A DNA stretch of 64,000 nt from an uncultured virus (IMG/VR IMGVR_UViG_3300033074_002160). Taxonomy: Duplodnaviria > Heunggongvirae > Uroviricota > Caudoviricetes. Positions within the stretch are counted from its first letter, which is position 1. Each line of letters starts with the position of its first letter. The translations under genes were made by a program, and so were the position numbers. The stretch is from IMG/VR virus record IMGVR_UViG_3300033074_002160. The stretch is one strand, 5' to 3'. Positions 45,569 through 55,342 of this stretch are shown piece by piece. The notes beneath the pieces were generated by a model. That model did no database searches. It worked only from the letters and a program-made list of their open reading frames with translations, and was not told the origin of the DNA.

Positions 45569-46807
45569 ATGGCAGCGATCACTCCGCACGTCGAAGAGTA
45601 CGAGTCCACGCCCGAGGAGCTCAAGTACGCCGAGTGCTCGTCCGGGACAGGGCTCGGTTCTCTCGCAGGTCGATCGTGCCCGAGCGCGACGGAGATCGTC
45701 TCGCTGCGGCACGGCAAGAACGTGCGCATGGGGATGACGCGGCAGGCGCTCGAGGCCGAGATCTCCGACATGCGCCAGCGAGGCATCAGCGTCCGTGCGC
45801 AGTTCGGCACCTCCGACGGCAAGAACAAGAACGAGCTCTTCCTCGTGCTCGTGAACCGCGACGGCACGCCCGCGCGTGTCGGCTCGCGCGGACCGGAGTG
45901 GAACAGCCACATCGAGGGGCTGGGCAACTTCAAGGTGCTCGCGTGGACCTCGAAGATGGACGCGCCGTCGTTCTCGCTCCCCGCGGGCGCGCAGGAGGTC
46001 GGCGGGGCGTGCCCGGGCGCCGTCGCAGGGCAGGCGACCAGCGTCAACAACTCGAGCTTCGCGGAGCAGGCGAGGCTCGTGCAGCTCAAGACGAAGTACA
46101 CGGTGGCCCCGAAGTCCCCCGTGTGGTTCGCGGATGCGATCTGCGACGGCTGCTACGCGGGCGTCGGCAACTACGCCTACGCGAGCAAGCAGCTCGCGGC
46201 GCTTCTGTTGTTCGCGTGGACGAAGCAGGCGATCACCAACGCAAGGCCCCGCGCCTACGACGGCGCACCGAGCAACGAGTTCGTCGAGCTCATGGTCGAG
46301 GCGATCGATCGCGCGGCCTACGTCTCGGACCGCCTGAGCAAGCAGCACAAGGTGCGCTTCTTCCGCATCCACGACTCGGGCGACTTCTTCAACCCGCGGT
46401 ACCTGCAGGCGTGGAAGGACATCGCGAACCGCTTCCTGCGCAACAACCCCGAGGGCCGCGAGCCGGTGATCTTCTGGGCGCCGACGCGCATCTGGGCGAC
46501 GCCGTGGGGCGACGAGGCGGTGAAGCGGATCAACACGCCCGCGAACAACCTCGTGATCCGCCCGAGCGCCTACCACATCAACACCGCCGCGCTGCCGAGC
46601 GGGCCGGGCTACGCAGCGGGCTCGACCGTGACGGCGAAGGGCCACATCGAGCAGGCGAAAGCCGACGGCGCGTTCGAGTGGAACTGCCCCGCCTACGACG
46701 GCGCGCAGGACCACTCCTGCACCGCGGCGAAGGCCCCGGGCGGCAAGCCAGGCTGCCGCGCGTGCTGGACGCTGCCGGACATGACGATCAACTACAAGCT
46801 CCACTGA
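45569..46807 (+). CDS. GP88-like (radical-SAM-related, Cys-rich) phage protein
   Basis: SKM...SFSLPA, CPGA...C..CYA..GNY, FRIHDSGDF, FW.PTR, CPA...C...CRACW. Confidence 0.72.
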   Translation: MAAITPHVEEYESTPEELKYAECSSGTGLGSLAGRSCPSATEIVSLRHGKNVRMGMTRQALEAEISDMRQRGISVRAQFGTSDGKNKNELFLVLVNRDGTPARVGSRGPEWNSHIEGLGNFKVLAWTSKMDAPSFSLPAGAQEVGGACPGAVAGQATSVNNSSFAEQARLVQLKTKYTVAPKSPVWFADAICDGCYAGVGNYAYASKQLAALLLFAWTKQAITNARPRAYDGAPSNEFVELMVEAIDRAAYVSDRLSKQHKVRFFRIHDSGDFFNPRYLQAWKDIANRFLRNNPEGREPVIFWAPTRIWATPWGDEAVKRINTPANNLVIRPSAYHINTAALPSGPGYAAGSTVTAKGHIEQAKADGAFEWNCPAYDGAQDHSCTAAKAPGGKPGCRACWTLPDMTINYKLH

Positions 46808-46814
46808 GGCGGCC

Positions 46815-47216
46815 ATGGCGAAGACGAAACAGAGGACGGCGTCGAAGCGCCCCTTGCCGGCTCCTGGCGCAGCGTTCATCCCCGGTGGACGTCGCTACGA
46901 GTACGACGCTCCGACCTACGCCCACGCGCCGCCGACGGGCAAGTCTGCGGTCTGCAGCGTCCTCTCGGAGAAGCGCAAGGGCGGCCCGAGGAAGAACTGC
47001 CCGGTGCAGCTGACCTTCATCGACGGCAAGCCGCACCTGCGCCTCTGCATGCCCGAGAACGTCGGCGGCAAGAAGATGCCGCGCGTGGTGCCGCTGCCGG
47101 CGAACGGAGCAGCGGCGAACGAGGTGGCGCAGCGGATCTGCGCTGCCTGGGTGGCGGGCGACAAGCACTTCGAGACGGTCACGAGCGCAGGCCTCGGACG
47201 CCTCCGACGACGCTGA
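46815..47216 (+). CDS. Basic hypothetical protein
   Basis: GAGG SD; ends SAGLGRLRRR. Confidence 0.65.
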   Translation: MAKTKQRTASKRPLPAPGAAFIPGGRRYEYDAPTYAHAPPTGKSAVCSVLSEKRKGGPRKNCPVQLTFIDGKPHLRLCMPENVGGKKMPRVVPLPANGAAANEVAQRICAAWVAGDKHFETVTSAGLGRLRRR

Positions 47217-47218
47217 GC

Positions 47219-47473
47219 CTACCGAGAGCCCTTCACGCACGCGCAGCCGCGGCGGACGTCGACGTCGATCTGCATCGCCCCCGCGTCGTTGAACAGGACG
47301 TACTTGCCGTCGATGGTGCCCACTCGAGCGCTGCGCCCGAGGGCGGCGCGGATCGCCGCGCCCTTCGAGGCGGCGAGCACGCAGGTGTTGGTCGCACCGT
47401 CACCTCGACGCCATGCGGCACCGATCGTCACCTCGAACAGCGTCTTGCGCGGCGTGGCCTTGCGCTTCTTCAT
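47219..47473 (-). CDS. Small basic hypothetical protein
   Basis: ATG 47473 overlaps upstream stop, GGAG SD. Confidence 0.55.
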   Translation of the reverse strand: MKKRKATPRKTLFEVTIGAAWRRGDGATNTCVLAASKGAAIRAALGRSARVGTIDGKYVLFNDAGAMQIDVDVRRGCACVKGSR

Positions 47474-48360
47474 GTGCGTCTCCCTCGGCCGAGGCCGTTC
47501 ATCGAGCTCCGACGCAGGCGCTCCTGCACGTTCCTGCGCGCCGGCTCGGCGGTCCACGCCGCGTAGCCGAGGGCCGCGCCGATGACGAGGAGCCCGCCCC
47601 AGAAGATCAGCGCCCCCCCATGCTTGAAGAGCTCGTTGAGGTTCGGCAAGAAGCCGAAGGTGCGCTGGCCCTCGCGAGCGCGCCGGACGTACTCCTGGTA
47701 GGTCGCACCGCCGCAGGGCCGCCCGCGAGCGGCCTCGAGGGCGCACGCCCGCTCCGCCTCCTCGCTTGCGGCCTCGGCCGCCTGGTTCTCGGCGAGCACC
47801 GAGTAGAGCGCTCCGGCGCCGACGAGGAAGACGAGGGTGCCCGCGATGAGAGCGGCGATGGCAAGTGTCGACACCGAGATCGGGTCGCCGAGGCCAGCCG
47901 CAGCGGTCCCGCGCTGTGCAGCGTGGACGATCTGCAGCATGATGGCGTACTTGCTCATCGTGCGCTCGGCGTTGTTCAGCAGGCGCTCGGCGCGCTCGGC
48001 CTGCGCGGCGGTCGGCGCGGCGAGGAGAGCCCGCGCGAGGTTCTGGGCGCGGCTCACCGAGGAGAGGACGCCTCGCGAGACGAGCGCGAACTGCTCGAGC
48101 CCGAGCCTGAGCACTTCGGCGCGAGGCGCCGCGACGACGCGAGCGGCGAGCTGCGCGTAGGAGGACGGCGAGAAGGGGAAGCGCGCGAGCAGTGGGTCGA
48201 TCGCGGTCTTCAGCTTGTTGTACTCGGCCTCGTTCGACGCGACCTTCGCGTGCAGGGCGCTGATGTCTGCGCCGAGCGCGCCGAGCACCCACGGCTCCCC
48301 GGTCGGTACGCTGTACGGGGCGATGAGGGACCCGATGTCGTTCTGCTGGCGGCGGAGCAT
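47470..48360 (-). CDS. Putative virion membrane protein (2 TM)
   Basis: TLAIAALIAGTLVFLVGAGALY and LIFWGGLLVIGAALGYAAW; GLG motifs. Confidence 0.7.
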   Translation of the reverse strand: MLRRQQNDIGSLIAPYSVPTGEPWVLGALGADISALHAKVASNEAEYNKLKTAIDPLLARFPFSPSSYAQLAARVVAAPRAEVLRLGLEQFALVSRGVLSSVSRAQNLARALLAAPTAAQAERAERLLNNAERTMSKYAIMLQIVHAAQRGTAAAGLGDPISVSTLAIAALIAGTLVFLVGAGALYSVLAENQAAEAASEEAERACALEAARGRPCGGATYQEYVRRAREGQRTFGFLPNLNELFKHGGALIFWGGLLVIGAALGYAAWTAEPARRNVQERLRRSSMNGLGRGRRT

Positions 48361-48362
48361 GC

Positions 48363-48827
48363 TCAGTCCTTGTTGATGTAGTAGCCGAGCCCGAGGAGGC
48401 CGAGGAGGCCGAGGAAGACGCCGAGCCCCGAGCCGGCGCGGGCGGGCAGGGCGCGGACGCTCTCGCCGACGAAGGTGCGTCCGCCGGTCTCGAGCGCCCG
48501 CCCTGTGGCGGCAGCTGCGGACGAGAGACGCGAGGCGGCGTCGGCGTCCGCGTTGACGACGAGCACGATGCGGCGCAGGCGCGTCGCGGAGGCGATCCGC
48601 GCCGCGTCGGCTGCGAGGTAGCCGGTGCCCGTCTCGAGCGCGACGCCCGCGGGGTTGAGCACCGTGTAGTCGTTCTCACCGGCGCGCTCGCTCGGTGTGA
48701 TCACCACGCGGACCGGCACGACCTCGTCCTCGCGCGAGACGATGGTCCCGGGCCAAGTGGTCGCAGGCAGCGACGTCGCGTTGACGCCCGGGGGCTCGAG
48801 CACGGAGAGGCGAACGCGGAACTGCAT
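48363..48827 (-). CDS. C-terminally anchored membrane protein
   Basis: Ends GLGVFLGLLGLLGLGYYINKD. Confidence 0.7.
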   Translation of the reverse strand: MQFRVRLSVLEPPGVNATSLPATTWPGTIVSREDEVVPVRVVITPSERAGENDYTVLNPAGVALETGTGYLAADAARIASATRLRRIVLVVNADADAASRLSSAAAATGRALETGGRTFVGESVRALPARAGSGLGVFLGLLGLLGLGYYINKD

Positions 48828-48849
48828 CGCCCGAGGGTATCGCGCGGCG

Positions 48850-49104
48850 CTACCGAGGGCAACGTCGCGAGGGCCGACGTCGCGTCACCGGGTTGTAGCA
48901 GCGGCTCTTGTCGCTCTTCAGCGGGCGCGTGCCCCTCGGGCAGTGGCAGCCGACCGTGGCGCTCTCGCCCTGCATGGCCCGCGTCTTGTTGACCGTGGCG
49001 GCGGCGATCTTGCGGCACACCGCGAGCGACCGGCGCTCGAGGCACGACTCGAGGATGTGCTCGTACTGGCGCTCGCGCTTCGGGGACCAGACACCGCGGG
49101 GCAT
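48850..49104 (-). CDS. Small basic protein with WS.KRERQYEHI..S...IAA.TVNK.R motif plus Cys-rich tail
   Basis: Motif recalled from a conserved bacterial small-protein family; function unknown. Confidence 0.6.
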   Translation of the reverse strand: MPRGVWSPKRERQYEHILESCLERRSLAVCRKIAAATVNKTRAMQGESATVGCHCPRGTRPLKSDKSRCYNPVTRRRPSRRCPR

Positions 49105-49113
49105 GCGAGCAGT

Positions 49114-49470
49114 CTACTTCACGTCAGGGGTGTGGCGCACGTTCCAAGCGACCCAAGCGCGCATGTCGGTCTCGCACGGCGGTCCGTGCGCATCGCACTT
49201 CGGGCAGCGGACGGAGACGAGACCGGAGTGGTCGCGGTAGACGCTCTCGTAGTCCTCCTCGGACAGGAATGCAGCGCCGCAGAACGGGCACGGCAACGGC
49301 TCGGGATCGATGAGGTGGACGCTCAAGACCTCGTAGGTGCGCCCGGGGTACACCGCCTTGTAGTGCGCGAGCACCGCGGCCTCGGCCTCGTCCAAGGCGG
49401 CCCCGTGTCCCTCCATGAACTTGCTCGCCCAGCCCTCTTCCGTGTTGCGCAGCGAGATGCCGAAGATCAT
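49114..49470 (-). CDS. Lar-like restriction alleviation domain protein
   Basis: PCPFCG...V.C.KC.A.GP...A..AWN.R. Confidence 0.72.
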   Translation of the reverse strand: MIFGISLRNTEEGWASKFMEGHGAALDEAEAAVLAHYKAVYPGRTYEVLSVHLIDPEPLPCPFCGAAFLSEEDYESVYRDHSGLVSVRCPKCDAHGPPCETDMRAWVAWNVRHTPDVK

Positions 49471-49830
49471 CGCTTCCTCGCGAGCGCTGCGGCCTTGCGG
49501 CGCTGCTTCCGGTTCCCAGCGGGCGCGACGTGGACGGTCGCAGGCGCCGTCTCAGCCGCTTGGTTGTCGTACTCGGCGGGCACGTCGATGGTGATGTGAG
49601 GGCTCGTCGCGGCGACGATACGAGCCCCGTGCGGAGCGCGTTGCGTGAGCGGCTTCATCGGACCTCCCGCGCCTGGAGCTCGACCCCGCGCTCGGTCGAG
49701 CACGAGACGCTGTAGTGGTACTCGCCGATCGTGAGCCCGAAGATCAGGGCCCAGACCACGATGAGGAATCCGACGCAGCCGAAGCAGCCCGGGCCGCTCG
49801 CGTTCACCTTCACCGCCGCCTTGTCGTCGC

Positions 49831-50151
49831 TCATCCCACACCTCGCAGCTCAAGGATCCCACCGACCGCCGAAGCCGAGAGCACCACAGTGCCGTCGGGC
49901 TTGCCCATGACGACCTTCACGCCAGCAGATCTGAGCGCGACCCGCGCAGCGTCCACCGAAGCGAACACAGCCGCAGGCGAGATCTCAAGAGCCGCGCACC
50001 AGTCCACGAATGTCGGCACGTCGATCGGCTGTCCGTTCTCGACGCGAGAGACACGGTTCTGTGCATCGATCGCGGCCTGCGGGAGGCCGCGCTTCTCGCG
50101 AAGGTGCTTGAGCACCTGCCCGAGGACGGCGCTGTAGGTGCAGTACTTCAC
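49831..50151 (-). CDS. XRE-family HTH protein
   Basis: LG..LK.LREKRGL.Q...VSRVENG...C.ALEIS...VF. Confidence 0.78.
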   Translation of the reverse strand: MKYCTYSAVLGQVLKHLREKRGLPQAAIDAQNRVSRVENGQPIDVPTFVDWCAALEISPAAVFASVDAARVALRSAGVKVVMGKPDGTVVLSASAVGGILELRGVG

Positions 50152-50492
50152 GCGACCCTCCATTCGTGAATCCGCAGGCCTCGCACCTTCGCGATGGCGA
50201 GCATGTTCTTGCTCCCGGGCCCGCGCCCGTTGTGGACCAGGATGAGCCCCTGGGCGACCTCGGCCATCTGCCTGTTGCGCACCGGGCCCGCGGCATCGCC
50301 GAGCCGGTCCCAGTCCGCGGGGAACACGCGCAGCGGCAGCCCGCGCTCTTTCGCGAGGATCTCACCGAGCGCGTCGACGCCCGGAGCGCCGCCCGAGACG
50401 ATCTCGGAGATCTGCCACGGACACGCGGCGACGGCGCGGCGCACCACGTCGAGGTCGTGGAAGTTACGGTTGCCGGCGATGATGGTGATCAT
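50148..50492 (-). CDS. SLOG-family (DUF2493/YspA-like) protein
   Basis: IIAG.R.F, IVSGGA.GVD.LGE, FPADW...G.AAGP.RN.QMA, GS.NM. Confidence 0.85.
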   Translation of the reverse strand: MITIIAGNRNFHDLDVVRRAVAACPWQISEIVSGGAPGVDALGEILAKERGLPLRVFPADWDRLGDAAGPVRNRQMAEVAQGLILVHNGRGPGSKNMLAIAKVRGLRIHEWRVA

Positions 50493-50661
50493 CCTTCCCC
50501 CGTCTTCCCGCGCAGCGTCTCGATGAGGGCCTCCACAGCGCTGTCGTCGAGCTCGAACCTGTGCGAGACCCCGTCGGTGGCGATGAAAAGAAGCACGCGA
50601 CGTCGGCGCCCAAGGACGAGGATGCGCGATCCGTCCGCCGCTTGCAGGCTGGTGCAGAACT

Positions 50662-51345
50662 TCATCCCTCCCCCTTCATCAGTTCGTCGTACCTGAACGC
50701 GTTGCCGAGCGCCGCGACGATGCGCGTCGTCTCGGCGCTCTTGCCGGTGAGCCGCCCGTTGCGGACCTCGACGTAGCGCGGCACCTCGAGCGAGCCCTCG
50801 ACGAAGGCCACGCCGAGGGGCGTGAGGCGCCAGTCGCCGACCGAGTTCTTCACGCCCGAGCGGCGCTCGCGCGGCATGACGAGCCCCCAGTGGCGCAGGA
50901 GGGACCACTCCCCGCCTCGGTGGGTCGTGTTCGGGAAGATGCGCACGACGTTGATCCAGTTGGCCTCCGCGCCCCCGCCGAGGCGGTAGATGCGGATGAG
51001 CACCGCGGCCATGCCCGAGTTGAGCTTCCTCCGGTAGTTGCGGTGCGCGTGGTCGCAGCACGGGCACACGACGGGCTTGCCCGGCGCGGCGCCTTCGAGG
51101 GAGGCGGCGAAGATGGCGCGGGCGCCCGCGAGCGACGGCTCGACGACGCGAAGGTCGCGCTCCCCAGGCAGCACGGGCGTGCCCTTCGCGACGTAGACCA
51201 CGAAGGGGACCCCGGTGGCGGGGTCGAAGACGGTGCGTTGCTCGACGACAACGACGACCCCGCTGCCGCCGCAGCGCTGGCAGCGCTCGGGGTCGTCGAT
51301 GTGGTCTCCGGTGCCACCGCACCTCGGGCATGTTGTTCCGGTCAT
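50662..51345 (-). CDS. Zinc-ribbon / winged-helix-like hypothetical protein
   Basis: CPRCGGTG..CQRCGGSG, CPCC, L..WGLV...G.W.LT..G..FV. Confidence 0.6.
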   Translation of the reverse strand: MTGTTCPRCGGTGDHIDDPERCQRCGGSGVVVVVEQRTVFDPATGVPFVVYVAKGTPVLPGERDLRVVEPSLAGARAIFAASLEGAAPGKPVVCPCCDHAHRNYRRKLNSGMAAVLIRIYRLGGGAEANWINVVRIFPNTTHRGGEWSLLRHWGLVMPRERRSGVKNSVGDWRLTPLGVAFVEGSLEVPRYVEVRNGRLTGKSAETTRIVAALGNAFRYDELMKGEG

Positions 51346-54300
51346 TCCTTCTTCTCCCACGACGCGAGAACCGGTTCTGCGCTCCCAGCTTCACGGATCG
51401 CCCGCTCCACCAGGCGCTTGCGCACGAGCGCCGCGTCGGCCTCGGCCGACATCTGCTTGAAGACGCGCCTCGCGGCGGCGACGTGGGGGTGCGGAGCACC
51501 CGGTGCGAGGGCCGAGAAGAGGCGCTCGGCCTCGTCGACGTTGCGCTCCGCGATGCGCATGTTCTCGCGCGCCCGCTGGAGGCTGTCGCGGGCCTCTTCG
51601 AGGACGATCGGGAGCAGCTCGGCGAGGGCGGGGGTCACCACGCCACCGGGTGGTACGGGTCCCAGAGCGCAGCCTCGCGCGGGTCCAAGGGCGGCGCGAG
51701 GTGGAGCACCTTCTTGCCGTGGGCCTTGCAGAAGCCGTCGACGGTGCGCGCCTTCTTGGTGCAGCGCACGACGGCCGAGCGGTCCGTGGAGGTGGCGGTG
51801 TAGGCGCAGCGGGTCATGCCCGCCTCGAGCGTGTGCGCGCCGGGTACCAGCAGCTCAGCCAGCCGTGGACGGTGCGTCCCTTCCATCGCCCGACGCAGCC
51901 GTCCATCCAGAGGTTCATGAGGACGCCTCCGCAGGCCACGGCGGCCTCCATCGAGGCGAACGAACGGAGGCGCCCAGTCTTCGGGTTGAACGAGGCCCAG
52001 ATGCGTACCGGCTTCTTGGGGCTCCAGCGGTCCCTCGCCAGGTACCGACGGGTCACGGCTTCACCAGCCCTTCGATGTACCCCATCGAGCGCAGGTAGAC
52101 CTGCCACGCGAAGCGCCCCGGGCGTGAGCGCGAGGGCTCCTTCTCGACCTTCGTCTCGAAGCAGGGCCCGTAGGCCTCGACGATGCGGGCCGCTTGGTCG
52201 CGAGCCTGTTCCTCCGTGTGGAACCTCGACGTCCCGCGACCGGGCGCGAGCCACGGCCCGGGGATCACCTTGCCGTCGGGCCCGAGCTTCGCCGAGTCCT
52301 CGCCCCACGGGGCGTGCGAGGCGCTCACGACTTCCTCGGGTGCAGCAGAGCCTCGAGGTCGGCGAGGAGCGCCTCGCGCAGGGTGCGGTCCTTGATCTCG
52401 CGCGCCGCACGCCTCACGAGGTCGGAGAGGCACTCGTGGAGCTCGGAGGAGTCGGCGGCGTCGCGCGCCGCGCGCAGCTCCGCGATGTCCCTCGCGGCGG
52501 CGTCGCGCTCCGTGAGCAGCTCGGCGATGTACACATCAGCCCCGACCCCGCGACCGAACGTCGCGACGAGCTCCTTGTGGCGCGGCGTCTGCGCGGAGGC
52601 GATGGAGCGCTCGAGGCCGGGCTGGTCGGGCGGTCGACGATCGGCCGCCTTCACGGCCGCGTCGCGCTCCGTGACCACGCGCTCCGCCTGCTCGACGACG
52701 TCGGCCAGGTCGGGCGTGCCGAGGATGGTGCGGATCTTGGCGAGAATCGCCGCGATCGCGTCGCGGTCGGAGCGCAGCGCGAGCTCGACGCCGGGCTCGG
52801 TGATCTCGTGGCCGCGGGCCGGGGCGGGCTTCGCACAGGTCGGCGTGATGTCGTAGCCGCAGGCGGGGCAGGCGACGGGCTCGGGCCCTCGCCGAGGCGC
52901 GCACACCGGACAGCCACGCCCCGTCGCCGTCCATTCGAGACCACACGCGCGGCACGCATCGACGTCGCGGTCGTCCTCGTCAGGCTCGGGCTCGGGCAGC
53001 GACGCCTCGGGCAGGACGTTCGTCGCCTCGAGGCGCGCGAGCCGCGCATCGACCGTGCTTGCCCAGGCGCCGGTGTCCAGCGCCTCGATGCGGTGGAAGG
53101 CGTCCTCGATGGTGCTCGCGGTCTGGTTCTGCCGGCGCTCGAGCAGCATGATGCGCTCGAGCGCTGCTTCGATGTTTGCTTCGCCCACCGCGATGCGCTT
53201 CTCGAGCGTCTTGAGGTCGGTCGCCCGCGTGTCTCCGCCCGCGTCGCCGTCCGATGGAACGATGGTGAGATCACCGGCGCTGTGCCGCTCCGAGAGCGCG
53301 TTCGCTGCACGTCGGATGACCACGTCGAAGCGGCTGTGGTCGAGATCCGTCACGACGCCCAGAGAGCCACTTCGGGTGCGCACGCGCTGTCCGATCTTGA
53401 AGGTGGCCATGAGCGCTTCCTGATCGGCGACCCAGTGCTGTCCGCTGCTCATACGACCTCCCCGTCGATGACGTCTTCGATCGGCTTCCCCCGCTTCACG
53501 CTCCTCGCCATACGGAACATGGCGATGGCGGTCTTCGCGATGCCGGCCCAGTCGAATGGAGCTGCGGGCGCCCCGGGCTTCTTCGGCTTCTTCGCGAGCG
53601 CCACCACGGCCTTGTCGAGGTCGTCGAGGGCTGCGCTGAACGCGGCGCCGTACTTCTTCTTCGCTTCGGCGTGAGCGCCGTCCTCGGACGCGCGCTTCGC
53701 CTCGCGTCGGGCCTTCACGACGGCGACGGCGGCGCGTACCAGGGTGTCGATCTCTTTCATGGGGCCTCGGGGGTGGGTGTCGCTCATGGGGCCTCGGGGT
53801 GGCGAAGGGTGTACGTCAGCACGGAAGGTGCGAGCGGCGGCTCGTGGGCGACCTCGGACCGGTGGTCCCAGAGCACCTTGTACCGCCAGCTGCGGAAGAA
53901 GGACCAGTCGCTCTCGTCGCGCGCAGCGACGATCGGCCGCCAGCCGCCTGGCGGCGTGGTGCGCACGATCTCCTCGAAGCACCGCTGCGAGCAGAACCCG
54001 GGGGCCTCGCGGATCTCGATGATCTTGCCGCTGGGCAGGCGCACCGCCCCGTCGACAGCCTCCTGCAGTGGGCGCGTCGAACCGAGCGTCGCGTAGTAGA
54101 GCGACGCCTCGTAGCACTTGGGCGAGACCTTCTTGAGCATCACGCCGTTGCAGTGGGAGCAGCGCACGATGACGTCGCTCACGGTGCGCCTCGTGCGCCG
54201 ATCTCCCGCAGGAGGTCGGCCATGTAGTTCATGTGCTTCGCGAGCGTGTCGTGGCGCTCGTCGGACTCGACGGAGAAGATGGTGCGGTCCTCATGCCGGG

Positions 54301-54803
54301 CGGTGGTGATGCGCCGCTTGCGCTCCGAGAGGTTGAGGAGCGCGGTCTCGATGGCGATCTTCACGCTTCCTCTTCGTCGGGCGGCCAGACCCAGGACGAC
54401 GCGAAGCCCGGCGTCGCGCGAAGTCTGCGGCGCGTCACCATGGCCCGGTTGTTCTTGTGCTCGTAGTCCTCGAAGATCGTCACGGACATCTCGCCGCCGT
54501 TCTGACCACCGTAGACGCCGGTGACGATCGCCGCCTTCGGGACCCCGGTGTAGTCGTAGACGTGAATGATGCTGCCGACGCGGGGCTTCTTCACAGGCCC
54601 TCCATGCACTCGCGCACCCAGGCGACGAGGGCCTCGGCGGTGTCGAACGCCTCGCGGCGCAGCAGGCGCACGACGAAGCGACCGCTGACCGAGTCGTGAT
54701 CGGCGATGAAGTCCATGCGCTTCTGCTCTGGCTCGGACAACTTCTCCCGAAGCAGGGCGATGACGCGGTCCATGTCGAGCTGCTCTCCGGCGACGGTGAT
54801 CAC
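51342..54803 (-). CDS. Run of about ten coupled hypothetical early genes (incl. 51342-51641, 52325-53452, 53449-53787, 53784-54182, 54179-54364, 54361-54594, 54591-54803)
   Basis: Continuous chain of 4-bp start/stop overlaps. Confidence 0.55.
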
Positions 54804-55342
54804 TTGGCCTCCTGGAGCCTCTCTCGGAACCGCTTCAGCGCCGCGATGCTCTCGCGGCAGTCGGCGATGGCGCGGTGCGCCTCGGCCTTGGGGTGCTCGG
54901 TCCCGTTCCAGACCTTGTCGACGAGGAGGAACGAGCTCACGTCGACCATGCGGTGGTGGAAGAAGCGCTCGAGCGACGGCGCGTGGACCTTGAGGAACGA
55001 GCGATCGAAGTGGATCGAGTTGCCCGCCAGCGTCGCGCCCTTCTCGACCCCGGCGCCGCGGAGGAAGCGGAGCGCGGTGCGGAAGGGCTCGTCGATGGGG
55101 TCCTTGCGCCACGAGGCGTACATCGACACCTTTTCGAGGAGGCCGTTCTTCGTGTGCATCTCGCGAACGAACGCGTCGGGCACGAGGTCTTCGCGGTGAT
55201 CGGTGTACCCGAAGACCTGGGACCACGAACTCACCTCTTCGAGCTCGGCGGTGACGACGACGATGCCGATCTCGAGCACGAGGTCGCGCTCGGGGTCGAG
55301 GCCCGTGGTCTCGAGGTCGAGGAAGACGAAGCGCGGGCTCAC
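54800..55342 (-). CDS. orn: Oligoribonuclease (DEDDh exonuclease)
   Basis: FLDLETTGL, MHTKNGL, LAGNSIHFDRSFL, HHRMVDVSS, HRA.AD.RESI. Confidence 0.88.
   Translation of the reverse strand: MSPRFVFLDLETTGLDPERDLVLEIGIVVVTAELEEVSSWSQVFGYTDHREDLVPDAFVREMHTKNGLLEKVSMYASWRKDPIDEPFRTALRFLRGAGVEKGATLAGNSIHFDRSFLKVHAPSLERFFHHRMVDVSSFLLVDKVWNGTEHPKAEAHRAIADCRESIAALKRFRERLQEAK

Noticed and set aside
53755..53800. Short direct repeat CATGGGGCCTCGGGG
   Set aside because: Only 15 bp; explained by a duplicated RBS/start (GAGG-N4-ATG) giving alternative starts
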